This document shows positions 21,028-30,885 of a stretch of DNA of 64,000 nucleotides, one piece after another. Below the pieces are notes generated by a model. That model had not been told where the DNA came from, ran no database searches, and saw only the letters and a program-made list of their open reading frames with translations. The DNA comes from Dehalococcoidia bacterium. Lineage in GTDB: Bacteria; Chloroflexota; Dehalococcoidia; Bin125. A program made the position numbers and the translations under genes. The stretch is taken from assembly GCA_963662615.2 (NCBI GenBank), contig CAXXSR010000001.1, positions 352,001-416,000 of the forward strand. Direction: 5' to 3'. Positions within the stretch are counted from its first letter, which is position 1. The number at the start of each line of letters is the position of its first letter.

Positions 21028-21402
21028 CTACTCGCTGAGGGTGGTGGCGCTATCGCCGCCGGTGAGGGCGATGTGCGACATGGGCGAGCCCGTGTCGGCC
21101 GCGCCGTGCCAGTGATCCTCGTGCGCGGGAATGATGATGCAGTCGCCGACGCTGACGACGTGTTGGCCCTCCGGCCCGCCGACTTTGCCGATGCCCGCCA
21201 CGACGTAGAGGATCTGATCGCTGGTGTGGCGGTGCATCTTGGTGCGGGCGCCGGCGCCGAACTGGACGATGCCGAAGCTGAACGCTTCGGCGACGCCCGT
21301 GTCCTTGCCGGTGAGGGGGCGGCGCCAGACTTGGCCCCCGGTCATGATGGGGCGTTCGCTCACTTCCTGCGTGTCGCCGTCGGCGGCTTGAATGATGTGC
21401 AT
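21028..21402 (-). CDS. Cupin domain protein
   Basis: HRHTSDQILYV and IPAHEDHWHGA cupin motifs. Confidence 0.88.
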   Translation of the reverse strand: MHIIQAADGDTQEVSERPIMTGGQVWRRPLTGKDTGVAEAFSFGIVQFGAGARTKMHRHTSDQILYVVAGIGKVGGPEGQHVVSVGDCIIIPAHEDHWHGAADTGSPMSHIALTGGDSATTLSE

Positions 21403-21652
21403 GGGCGTTCCTTTCCGCTGGTGCGCTTTTCTGATCGCGCGCCGATGGGCCCGCCGTTCGGCAGGCTCCGGATGGGTCGGGGTGGGCCGGCTGCGAGTGT
21501 AGTCGGGCGGGGCGGCGTTCGCCCTTCGACCCTTCGGCAAGCTCAGGACAGGCAGGCTCCTTCCCAGGAGGGAAGGACTGGTCAGGGTGAGCGGTTTTTT
21601 GGACGCGCGCTTCCCCTCCGCGCCGGGGTTGTTGTCCCACCCACCCACGCGG

Positions 21653-23359
21653 CTAGCGGCGCGCGGCGGGACCGCGCAGGAGGCGGCCGGGGAGGGCGCC
21701 GGTGTGCTCGCCGTCGCGGAGGAGGACTTGTCCGTTGACGACGGTGGCGGCGATGCCGGTGGCCTTCTGACGCAGGCGGGTAGCGCCGGCGGGCAGGTCG
21801 GTGGTGACCTCCGGCATCAAGGGCGCGATGCGGTCGGGGTCGAAGATCGTGAGGTCGGCGGCCCAGCCTTCGCGGACGAGGCCGCGGTCGTGCAGGCCCC
21901 AGGCGGAGGCGGTATCAAACGTGATCAGGCGGACCGCCTCCTCCAGGGTGAAGGCCTGATTCTCACGCACCCAGTGACTCAGCAAATGGGTCTGCAAGGA
22001 GGAGTCCATGATCTGAGAGACATGGGCGCCGGAGTCGGAGAAGGTCACGACGCAGCGGGGATTCTTCATCACCGCCAGCGCCTCGTCTTGGTCCTCGTTG
22101 GCGACGGACTGGAGGAACATGGCGTCCAAGTCCTTGTCCAGGGCGAGGTCGATCATGACGTCGACGGGGTCCTGGCCGCGCTCGCGGGCGAGCTGGGCGA
22201 TGGAGGGGTGGGGTCCCTCCACGCTGTCGAAGGCGAAGATCCAGTCGTAGTCGGGCGGGCGCGCTTCGCCGCCCAGGGCGCGGCGGCCGCTGTCGCCGTC
22301 GTGGGCGGCCTGGACCAAGCGGCGGCGCGTGTCGGGGTCGCGCAGGGCGGTGCGCTGCTCGTCCAGGGGCCGGGCGCGCAGCTCGCGCCAGACGGGGAAG
22401 TGGTCGAAGGGGAGCTGCGTCTGGAAGGAGAGGACGATGTTGATGGGGCGGGTGTGGGCCTGGCCGAACATGCGCCCGCCGCGCTGCGCGGTCTCCTCCA
22501 GGAGGTCCAGCTGCGGCTGCAAGCCGCTGGGATGAGCGCGGCGGCTGAAGATGCCCCAGCTGATGGGGCGTCCAGTCTCGACGGCGAGGTCGCGGAGGCG
22601 GATGTGGTAGTCGCGCTCGGCTTCGCGATCCTCGTAGTGGCGTTCCGGGGCGATCTCGAAGATGCCGGCGTTCATCTCGCCCATGACGCCGACGAGCTGC
22701 CGCACCTCTTCCCAGTCGGCGGCGCGGCTGGGCACGGGCTGGCTGTCGGGCGTTTCGTGCGAGGGGCTGCGGGAGGTGGTGAAGCCGATGGCGCCGGCGC
22801 GGAGGGCGTCGCGGACCTCGCGGCGCATGGCGGTCAGCTCGTCCTCGGAGGCCTGTTCGGTGAGGGCGCGCTCGCCCATGGCGTAGAGGCGCAGGGCGGT
22901 GTGGCCGACGTAGGCGGCGTAGTTGATGCCCTTGGGCAGCTCTTCGACGCGGTCGAGATACTCGGGGAAGGTTTGCCAGGTCCAGTCGATGCCGGCGGCC
23001 ATGGCGGCGACGGGGATGTCCTCCACGCGCTGGAGGCTGTTCATGTAGAGTTCGCGGTCCTGGGGGTGGCAGGGGGCGAGGGTGAAGCCGCAGTTGCCCA
23101 TGACGACGCTGGTGACGCCTTGCCAGCAGGAGCAGGTGCCGAGGGGGTCCCAGGAGATCTGGGCGTCCATGTGGGTGTGGCCGTCGACGAAGCCGGGGGC
23201 GACGACGAGGCCGTCGGCGTCGATGACCTCGGCGGCGCCGTCGCGGATGCGGCCGATGGAGGCGATGCGGCCGTGCTGGATGGCGACGTCGGCGCGGTAC
23301 CGGGGCGCGCCGGAGCCGTCGATGATGGCGCCGTTGCGGATGAGGAGGTCGTAGGGCAT
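21653..23359 (-). CDS. N-acyl-D-amino-acid deacylase family amidohydrolase
   Basis: YDLLIRNGAIIDGSG, APGFVDGHTHMD, GNCGF, SDSGAH, ADLTIFDP. Confidence 0.9.
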   Translation of the reverse strand: MPYDLLIRNGAIIDGSGAPRYRADVAIQHGRIASIGRIRDGAAEVIDADGLVVAPGFVDGHTHMDAQISWDPLGTCSCWQGVTSVVMGNCGFTLAPCHPQDRELYMNSLQRVEDIPVAAMAAGIDWTWQTFPEYLDRVEELPKGINYAAYVGHTALRLYAMGERALTEQASEDELTAMRREVRDALRAGAIGFTTSRSPSHETPDSQPVPSRAADWEEVRQLVGVMGEMNAGIFEIAPERHYEDREAERDYHIRLRDLAVETGRPISWGIFSRRAHPSGLQPQLDLLEETAQRGGRMFGQAHTRPINIVLSFQTQLPFDHFPVWRELRARPLDEQRTALRDPDTRRRLVQAAHDGDSGRRALGGEARPPDYDWIFAFDSVEGPHPSIAQLARERGQDPVDVMIDLALDKDLDAMFLQSVANEDQDEALAVMKNPRCVVTFSDSGAHVSQIMDSSLQTHLLSHWVRENQAFTLEEAVRLITFDTASAWGLHDRGLVREGWAADLTIFDPDRIAPLMPEVTTDLPAGATRLRQKATGIAATVVNGQVLLRDGEHTGALPGRLLRGPAARR

Positions 23360-23820
23360 GGGGGGCTCCTTCGCGGCAGTGGTGGGAGGCTCCGCCGCTT
23401 CCACGCTTGATTGCGGCGATCCTAGTACGGCCGGGTGGGGATGGCCAGGGCGTGTTTTTTGACGCGCGCTCGCAGGTCATCCGGGGTCGCGCGGCGTTTG
23501 TAGCTGCTCGCGCCGAGGGTTGCTGCGCTGGGCGATGCGGGTGTCGTTCGTCCTTCGACAAGCTCAGGACGAACGGGGCGGCCCTTCGACAGGCTCCTTC
23601 CTAGGAGAGAAGGACAGGTCAGGGTGAGCGGGAGAGACCTCACCCTCCTTCGACTAGCTCAGGACAGGCTCTGACCCCCTCTCCACCGCGGAGCGCTGGA
23701 GAGGGGGTGGAGGGAGGAGAAGGCACTGTCACCCGCGAAGGATTGCAGCAGATCGGCAGGCATCCGTAGAACCCCGCAGGCTTCGGGCCGAGTTCGCCTT
23801 GGGGGCAGTTTCGGGTCCGT

Positions 23821-24642
23821 TCAGTCCGGCTTCACGGCCGTGAACACGATCTCCTGCAGCGGGATCTTGAGCGGCGCGGGGCCGAAGGCCCGTTGCAGCT
23901 CGCCGGCGAGGGCCTGGACGATCGTCTCGGCGTCAGCGGTCGCGCGCTCGCGAATCTCCAGGATGCCGGGGTTGCCCTCCACCAGGCCGCGGGCGACGTG
24001 GTGGGCATCGGGACGCTCGATGGTCGCGGCGACCACGTCGATTCCGATTTTTCGGAAACCCGCCTCGTGCAGCAGATCCTTGATGGGGTCGATCGCAGCG
24101 AAGCCGAACGGCACCTGGAGGAATGCCGGTGGTTCGTCGTCGAAGTAGCGCGCGATCGTCTCGTGTGCGATCGCCGCCGCGCGATTGTGATCGAACGAAT
24201 CCCAGACATTGAAGGCCAGAAGCCCGCCGGGCTTCAGGACGCGCGCCATCTCGCCGAGCCCCTTCGCCTTATCGGGGAAGAACATGATGCCGAACTGGCA
24301 GATCAGGCCATCGAACGCGTCGGCGGCGAACGGCAGCGCGAGCGCATCGGCCGTGCGCCAGGAGACGTTCGCGAGCCCGCCGCGTGTTGCCATTGCGAAA
24401 TCGATCATGGATTGGTTGAGGTCGGTCGCGACGATCTCGGCGTGATCGGACAGCTGTGCGCGCAGCTGCTCGGTGGAGATGCCGGTCCCGCAGGCAACCT
24501 CGAGCACGCGGGCACCATGGGGCACGACGGCGCTGACCCGAGCTGCGAGGTCGGCGGCGGTGAACTCGAAGAACAGCGGTCCCAAATGCCTGTCGTAGAT
24601 CGCCGGGATCGAGCCGACGAAGTCGCTGTGCGTGCCGGTCAT
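23821..24642 (-). CDS. Class I SAM-dependent methyltransferase (UbiE-like)
   Basis: VLEVACGTG, ADALALPF, CQFGIMFFPD, RVLKPGG. Confidence 0.9.
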   Translation of the reverse strand: MTGTHSDFVGSIPAIYDRHLGPLFFEFTAADLAARVSAVVPHGARVLEVACGTGISTEQLRAQLSDHAEIVATDLNQSMIDFAMATRGGLANVSWRTADALALPFAADAFDGLICQFGIMFFPDKAKGLGEMARVLKPGGLLAFNVWDSFDHNRAAAIAHETIARYFDDEPPAFLQVPFGFAAIDPIKDLLHEAGFRKIGIDVVAATIERPDAHHVARGLVEGNPGILEIRERATADAETIVQALAGELQRAFGPAPLKIPLQEIVFTAVKPD

Positions 24643-24665
24643 GTCGTGCCCGAACTCTCCGCTTT

Positions 24666-24821
24666 CTAACGGGGGAGGCGGGAGCCATCAACGATGGCGC
24701 CGTTGCGGATGAGGAGGTCGTAGGGCATTGGGGGCGCTCGTTGGCGGCAGCGGGGGGAGGCTCCGCCGCTCCGGTGACTGATTCCTCGCGATGCTAGTAC
24801 GGCCGGGTGGGGATGGCCAGG
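24666..24821 (-). pseudogene. Duplicated upstream region and first 16 codons of the deacylase gene (truncated copy)
   Basis: 24681-24821 aligns with 23312-23449; encodes MPYDLLIRNGAIVDGS, then RLPR and a stop. Confidence 0.85.
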
Positions 24822-24824
24822 CGG

Positions 24825-25135
24825 CTTTTTCGACGCGCGCTCGCGGGTCATCCGGGGTCGCGCGGCGTTGGGGGCGGCTCGCGCCGAGGGTCGCTGCGCT
24901 GGGCGACTTTTTCGACGCGCGCTCGCGGGTCCCCCGGGGTCGCGCGGCGTTGGTGGCGGCTCGCGCCGGCGGTCGATGAGCGGGGCGGCTTTTTCGACGC
25001 GCGCTCGCGGGTCATCCGGGGTCGCGCGGCGTTGGTGGCGGCTCGCGCCGAGGGTTGCTGCGCCGGGCGATGTCGGCGCCCTTCGTCCTTCGACCTTTCG
25101 GCAAGCTCAGGACAGGCAAGATCAGGACGAACGGA
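24825..25135 (+). repeat. Three family-A units plus a family-B unit
   Basis: Seen directly; ~82-bp period. Confidence 0.85.
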
Positions 25136-25231
25136 CGCCCGCCCCCCGCCCTTGCTTTTTAACCCGCCCGCCCGCCCCTAGAAGATCGGGGTGGCGGTGG
25201 TTGTCGCCATTCGTCTGTCGGGCGGTCCAGT

Positions 25232-26326
25232 CTAGGCGCCGTTCTCTCCCAGGTAGACCTTGGCGTTGTCGATCAAGATCTTGCGCTTTTGCTCGTCCGA
25301 GAGGTCGGTCCGCTTGGTGATGCCGGTGACGGAGTCGGGGAAGGGTGCGTCCCAGTGGGGGTAGTCGCTGGCCATGACGAGGCGGTCGTCGCCGATGACG
25401 GAGAGGGTGTAGGGCAGCATCTCCTCATCCGATTCACAGGAGAAGAAGAGGTTGGGGTGTTTGAAGTATTCGCTGGGCTTCATGGTGATGTCCGGCAGCT
25501 CGTCGCGGCGCTTTTCGAAGTGCTCGTCGAGCCGCTCCATCCAGTAGGGGATCCAGCCGGTGCCGGCCTCCAGGACGGCGCAGCGCAGGGTGGGGAAGCG
25601 CTCCAGGAGCCCGTTCATGACGACCACGGCGGCCGACAACATCCCCTCAAAGGTGAAGCCCACGGCGTGGGCGATGACATAGCGGTTGACGAAGCGCTCC
25701 ACGCCGGCGCCGGCGCTGCCGGCGCCGAAGCCGGGGTGGAAGCCGACGGAGATGCCGCTGTCCTGGCAGTAGTGGTAGAGGCGATCGTAGGCGTGATCAT
25801 CGACGTTGCGGAGGTGCACGTTGGTCTGGACCAGGAGCGTGCGGAAGCCGAGCGTCTCGACACAGCGCTTGAGCTCCTCTTCCGCCACGGGCAGATCTTG
25901 GAGGGGGAGGGTGGCGACGCCACGGATGCGGCGCGGGTCCTCGCTGCAGTAGTCGGCGAGCCAGTTGTTCATGGCGCGGCAGAGGGCGGCGGCGAAGGGC
26001 GCGTCGTGCAGGCCGGCAAACGCGAGGCCGAGCGAGGGGTAGAGGACGGAGACGTCGATCCCCTCCAGGTCCATGTCGGGGAGGCGCTGGACGGGGTCGT
26101 ACCCGCCCGGCCGCTTGCAGCCGGCGACGGGGAAGGAGTCCGGATTCCAGGAGCCGCGGCCGCGACTCATGACGTTGCCGTCGATCATCCAGCGCAGCTT
26201 GCCCCAGTGATCCTTGACGAAGATGGGGCGCCGGTCATGGAAGCCCGCTTCCACGTATTGGTCCCACATCTCCTCGGTCTCGTAGACGTGTCCGTCAATG
26301 TCGATGGCGTTGGTGATGGTGGTCAT
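25232..26326 (-). CDS. Amidohydrolase_2 family metal-dependent hydrolase/decarboxylase
   Basis: IDIDGHV, DMDLEGID...LYPS, LEAGTGWIP, ASDYPHWD. Confidence 0.9.
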   Translation of the reverse strand: MTTITNAIDIDGHVYETEEMWDQYVEAGFHDRRPIFVKDHWGKLRWMIDGNVMSRGRGSWNPDSFPVAGCKRPGGYDPVQRLPDMDLEGIDVSVLYPSLGLAFAGLHDAPFAAALCRAMNNWLADYCSEDPRRIRGVATLPLQDLPVAEEELKRCVETLGFRTLLVQTNVHLRNVDDHAYDRLYHYCQDSGISVGFHPGFGAGSAGAGVERFVNRYVIAHAVGFTFEGMLSAAVVVMNGLLERFPTLRCAVLEAGTGWIPYWMERLDEHFEKRRDELPDITMKPSEYFKHPNLFFSCESDEEMLPYTLSVIGDDRLVMASDYPHWDAPFPDSVTGITKRTDLSDEQKRKILIDNAKVYLGENGA

Positions 26327-26495
26327 GGGAGGGCGCTCCTTGAGCGGTGAGTTGGCCTGGCTCTAGCGGGCGCTCAGTCTACTCCTGCAGCGAATGCGTG
26401 GGGCCGTGGATCCCGGGGGGCGGAGGCGCCGCTTGTCCTTCGACTCTTCGGCAGGCTCCTTCCCTGGAGGGAAGGACAGGTCCGGACAGGCGGGG

Positions 26496-27134
26496 TCAGG
26501 AGGGCCGGGCGTCGCCGGGGTTGGGCTCTTCTTCCGCCGCCGGGGCGCCGCGCTTGACGACGTCGTAGGCCATGACGAGGAGGTCGCGCTTGACGTCGTC
26601 GCCGCCGATGACGAAGCCGGGGAGCAGGGCGACCGGTTCGAAGCCGAGCCCGGCGAAGACGGCCTGCGCGCCCTTTTGGTCGTGGGTCATCTGAGCGGAG
26701 AGCCGCTCCAAGCCGAGCAGCTCGGCGATGACGAAGATCTCCTCGGCCAGGTAGCGGCCCAAGCCTTCGCCGCGCGCCGCGGGGCTGACGATGACGCGGA
26801 TGTCGCCCCGGTGCCGCGTCCAGTCGGTCTCGTTGTACGTGAGCGAGGCCTCGCCAATGATCTCGTCGTCGCCGTAGGCGAGGACGGTGATGGTGCGGTT
26901 GAGGTGGACGTTCTCCAGCCAACTGTCGATGACCGCCTCGTCGGTGATGTCACGGCGCAGGTAGAGGAGATCGTCGGGCGGCAGCTGGCGCGCGAAGGTG
27001 AGCACGTTGGCGCGGTCGCCGTCCGCCATGAGCTGGGTGGAGATCTCGCGCCCGCTGCGCAGCCGGTCGCGCCGGGGGTAGCGCTTGCGCACGTGCGTCA
27101 TTTTGCCGCTTTGGGATTGCGGGTCGGACGTCAT
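26496..27134 (-). CDS. GNAT family N-acetyltransferase
   Basis: VSPAARGEGLG acetyl-CoA motif, VFAGLGF. Confidence 0.85.
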   Translation of the reverse strand: MTSDPQSQSGKMTHVRKRYPRRDRLRSGREISTQLMADGDRANVLTFARQLPPDDLLYLRRDITDEAVIDSWLENVHLNRTITVLAYGDDEIIGEASLTYNETDWTRHRGDIRVIVSPAARGEGLGRYLAEEIFVIAELLGLERLSAQMTHDQKGAQAVFAGLGFEPVALLPGFVIGGDDVKRDLLVMAYDVVKRGAPAAEEEPNPGDARPS

Positions 27135-27186
27135 CTGATCGCCTTTCGGCCGGCGGACGTGGTAATCCGCGGCAGCCACGATACAC

Positions 27187-27602
27187 GGTTTTTCGCCCGC
27201 GCTCGCGACTGGTGTCGGCCACCGCGGCGTTGGTGGCGGCTCGCGCCGGGGGTCGAGGGTCTAGGCGATGTCGGCGCGGTTCGCCCTTCGACAGGCTCAG
27301 GACGAACGGTTTTTCGCCCGCGCTCGCGGGTCATCCGGGGTCGCGCGGTGTTGGTGGCGGCTCGCGCCGGGGGTTGAGGAGTGGGGCGGTGGTCCTCCGT
27401 TCGCCCTTCGACAGGCTCCTTCGCTGCGCGAAGGACAGGTCAGGACGAACGGTTTTTCGCCCGCGCTCGCGACTGGTGTCGGCCACTGCGGTGTTGGTGG
27501 CGGCTCGCGCCGGGGGTTGAGGGTCTAGGCGATGTCGGCGCGGTTCGCCCTTCGGTCCTTCGACAGGCTCCTTCCGAGGACGGAAGGACTGGTCAGGACA
27601 GG
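27187..27602 (+). repeat. Alternating A/B repeat mosaic (three A-B pairs)
   Basis: Seen directly in sequence. Confidence 0.85.
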
Positions 27603-27607
27603 CGGGC

Positions 27608-28783
27608 TCAGGCGCCGGCGGCGAGGCAGTCGCGGATCCGCTGCATGGCCTTGCGGATGTTCTCCGTGCTGTTGGCGTAGGAGAAGCGGAGATAGCCTTC
27701 GCCGAGATGGCCGAAGCTGGTCCCGGCAACGGCGGCGACGCCGGCCTCCAGCAGCAGCTTCTCTTGCAGGCTGTGGGCGGTGTGGCCGGTGCCTTCAATG
27801 TTGGGGAAGGCGTAGAAGGCGCCGCCGGGCTCCGCACAGCGGAAGCCGGGGATCTGGTTGAGCTCTTGGACGATGACGCGGCGGCGCTCGTCGAAGGCGG
27901 CGACCATGGCGCCGACGGCGTCCTGGGGGCCCTCCAAGGCGGCGATGCCGGCGTGCTGCGTGGCGGCGTTGGGGCAGGAGTAGCAGTTGACCGCCAGCCG
28001 TTCGGCGTAGTCGAAGAGGCGCGGGGGCCAGACGCCGTAGCCCAGCCGCCAGCCGGTCATGGCGTAGGTCTTGCTCCAGCCGTCAAGCAGGATGACGCGG
28101 TCGCGCAGCTCTTCATATTCGAGGAGGCTGGCGTGCTCGCGCCCGTCGTAGAGGATGCGGCCGTAGATCTCGTCGCTCAGCACCGCGACGTGCGGCTGCT
28201 TGAGCAGCCCTTCGACGAGGCGGTCGATCTCGGCGCGGGGGACGGCGCCGCCGGTGGGGTTGGCGGGGCTGTTGAGGATGAGGAGGCGGGTGGCGGGCGT
28301 GATGCGGGCCAGGACCTCCTGCGCGTCGAAGGAGAAGCCGGTTTCCTCATAGAGCGGGATGGGGACCGGGGTGGCGCCGGTGAAGGCGATGGCCGACTCG
28401 TAGATGGGGAAGCCGGGGTTGGGGTAGAGGATCTCGGCGCCGGGCTCGCCGAAGATGAGGATGGCGAAAAACATGGTGACCTTGCCGCCGGGCACGATGA
28501 GCACGGTGCCGGGGCTCACCTCGGCGCCGACCTGCCGACGGATGTGCGCGGCCACCGCCTCCCGCAGCTCCGGGATGCCGGCCGCCGGGGTGTAGCCGTG
28601 GTGGCCGTCCGCCAGCGCTTGGCGCGCCGCCTCCACGATGTGGTCGGGGGTGCGGAAGTCAGGCTGGCCGATGCCGAGGTTGATGATGTCGCGCCCCTGG
28701 GCCTCCAACGCTTTGGCGCGGGCGAGCACGGCGAAGGCGGTCTCCGTCCCGATCTGCTCAATGCGGGCCGGGACTTGCAGCAT
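27608..28783 (-). CDS. PLP-dependent aminotransferase class I/II (aspartate aminotransferase-like)
   Basis: LGIGQPDF, NSPANPTG, SDEIY, GWSKTYAMTGWRLG, GAFYAF, YLRFSY. Confidence 0.92.
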   Translation of the reverse strand: MLQVPARIEQIGTETAFAVLARAKALEAQGRDIINLGIGQPDFRTPDHIVEAARQALADGHHGYTPAAGIPELREAVAAHIRRQVGAEVSPGTVLIVPGGKVTMFFAILIFGEPGAEILYPNPGFPIYESAIAFTGATPVPIPLYEETGFSFDAQEVLARITPATRLLILNSPANPTGGAVPRAEIDRLVEGLLKQPHVAVLSDEIYGRILYDGREHASLLEYEELRDRVILLDGWSKTYAMTGWRLGYGVWPPRLFDYAERLAVNCYSCPNAATQHAGIAALEGPQDAVGAMVAAFDERRRVIVQELNQIPGFRCAEPGGAFYAFPNIEGTGHTAHSLQEKLLLEAGVAAVAGTSFGHLGEGYLRFSYANSTENIRKAMQRIRDCLAAGA

Positions 28784-29032
28784 GGCTCTGCCTTTCCGCG
28801 CCACCGCGCGTCGCTGGGCCGGCGCCGTGGGGAGGGGACCGCCGCGCCGGCCAGGGCGATTGGGTGCGCTGGATCGGTACTACCGGGGCGGCCGGAGTGC
28901 GTCAAGCAGGCAGACGCCATTGCGAATCAACTCGTTCGCGAACGGTTTGGGCGCCTCACCCTCCTTCGACTCGCTCAGGACAGGCACGGACGCCCTCACC
29001 ATCTGTCCTGGGAAGGATGGTGGGCGGGCAGA

Positions 29033-29431
29033 TCACGTCGCCTCCTTCAAGCTACTCTGGGCTGCGAGCAACGGTACGGCAAGTGCCAGCTCCGCGTTCT
29101 CAACAGCCTCCTGCTTCGACGCAGCTTCGACGGTTACCTCGATGTCGACCTGGCCGCGGGCCATGGCGCCGATCGACACATCCTCGAGGCCCTGCTGGTC
29201 CAACAGAGCCGCCCTGAGGGCGTCCAGGAAATGCTCAGGTTCCTTTGGCGGGCGGCCCCCCGCGGTGGCCTGGAGGCCGAAAACGATGGTGCATCTCACA
29301 CGTCCTGGTGCTACTTGGGCAAGACTTCTCACACGTCCTGATGTTATTTCCAGCGTTGACGCGAATAGGTCATGTTGGATCTGGGGTTCGGCGATTCGTT
29401 CTTCTTGTATCTGGGGTTCACCCGCTACCAA
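29033..29431 (-). CDS. Hypothetical protein
   Basis: ORF overlaps the upstream stop; start uncertain. Confidence 0.35.
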   Translation of the reverse strand: MVAGEPQIQEERIAEPQIQHDLFASTLEITSGRVRSLAQVAPGRVRCTIVFGLQATAGGRPPKEPEHFLDALRAALLDQQGLEDVSIGAMARGQVDIEVTVEAASKQEAVENAELALAVPLLAAQSSLKEAT

Positions 29432-30093
29432 AAAACGCCTTCGACCGTTCCCTTGGCCAGGAAGCTGGAAAAAAGCGAAGGTGCAGAATACTCCAGACGC
29501 CTTGCTGCTCCTTCAGGAACGGTCACTGCGACCATGGCTCGCCCGCATTTTTCCATGATCAAGTACTTGAAGAAGACTTCGACGGTGTGGCTGCCCGGAC
29601 TGACCGGGAAGGGGTGCGTGCCCCATGCGACGTGGTGCACCGCTTCGTCGATAACCACCCGCGGATGGCAGAACCAGCGAGAGAACGAGAGTGGAGAGAC
29701 ACGGGCCTCTACCAAGATGACCGGGCCCCCGTCTTCGCCACCCGTCTCGACGGTGCCCCTGAGACGGGCCAGGAACCACCGCATTTGCCCGGCTAGGCGG
29801 CGCCGCCACACCAGATGGTCGATGAGGGGGCCGGCGTTGGTCTTGAAATCGGTGGACCCCGCTGCGATGGTCTTGTCGCCTGCGGCGCGCAGGGCCCACC
29901 GCAGGCGGAACGACCTGAAGTGCCCGACGTTGTCCAGCACGAGGGTGTAGCCTTCGCCCTCGACCCACTCCACGACGCGCTGGCTGCCTTCGGCCGCGGC
30001 ACGGTCAGCGAGGTCGCGGCCGAAGGCAGCCAGCACGGCCCAGACCCGCTCTATCGGCGCGTCAATTGTGATCTGTTCGCTGAACTTGGGCAT
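29425..30093 (-). CDS. SRPBCC-domain protein with extra C-terminal beta-rich domain
   Basis: ITIDAPIERVWAVL N-terminus; AAGGA RBS. Confidence 0.65.
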   Translation of the reverse strand: MPKFSEQITIDAPIERVWAVLAAFGRDLADRAAAEGSQRVVEWVEGEGYTLVLDNVGHFRSFRLRWALRAAGDKTIAAGSTDFKTNAGPLIDHLVWRRRLAGQMRWFLARLRGTVETGGEDGGPVILVEARVSPLSFSRWFCHPRVVIDEAVHHVAWGTHPFPVSPGSHTVEVFFKYLIMEKCGRAMVAVTVPEGAARRLEYSAPSLFSSFLAKGTVEGVFW

Positions 30094-30323
30094 CGTCCTT
30101 TTTCGTCTCCCTCTGGTTGTTGCTGACGGATTCGGTAGGAGCGCGTTGCTGTCGCAATCTCCCGTGGTCCAATTGACCTGCCCTCGATCGTTGGACCGGG
30201 TCGTAGCTTAGAGCTGGCACGGTCGGCACGTCCTTCCAGGCGGCCGGGTGGGTGGGGCAGCTCGACGGCAGTGGGGGCCGGGGGCGACGTCTGTGGCATG
30301 CTGCCGTGCGAGGAGGAGTGGCG

Positions 30324-30695
30324 ATGTCGTTGCCGGAGGCGCTGGCGGGGGAGATGTACGGCTACCTCACGACCGTCGGTCGGGTGACGGGGAAGCCGCA
30401 CGAGATCGAGATCTGGTTCGCCACGCAGGACAACGTGCTCTACTTCCTCTCCGGCGCCGGCGATGGTGCCGACTGGGTGCGGAACCTGCGGAAGAGCCCG
30501 TCGGTGGGGGTGCGAATTGGCCAGAGGGAGCTGTCCGGGAGCGCGCGCGTGGTAGCGCCGGAAAGCGATGAGGAGGCGCTGGCGCGACAGCTGCTCCTGG
30601 CGAAGTACCAGCCCGCCTACGGCGGTGACCTGAGCCAGTGGGGCGCTACGGCGCTGCCGGTGGCCGTGGATCTCGATCGGCCGGAGCGGACCTGA
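30324..30695 (+). CDS. Deazaflavin (F420)-dependent nitroreductase-family protein
   Basis: YLTTVGRVTGKPHEIEIWF, ADWVRNLRKSPSV; GAGGAG RBS. Confidence 0.85.
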   Translation: MSLPEALAGEMYGYLTTVGRVTGKPHEIEIWFATQDNVLYFLSGAGDGADWVRNLRKSPSVGVRIGQRELSGSARVVAPESDEEALARQLLLAKYQPAYGGDLSQWGATALPVAVDLDRPERT

Positions 30696-30885
30696 CGGCG
30701 GCGCGCGACGATCGCGCCGCGATCAGGGCGCGATGGTACGGGGGCGGGGCGCCGGCCGCGTGGCCTCCTGGATTTGCCGGCCGTAGGGCCTTTCCCCCGA
30801 CTCTCCTGGGCATTGCCCTAGTGGTGGTGAGGCCGTAGCGATCGTACGGTGATTTCGGACCGGTGCCAGTGGGAGGACAGCGCGG

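Noticed and set aside
21587-23410. 607-aa plus-strand ORF
   Set aside because: Antisense shadow of the deacylase gene
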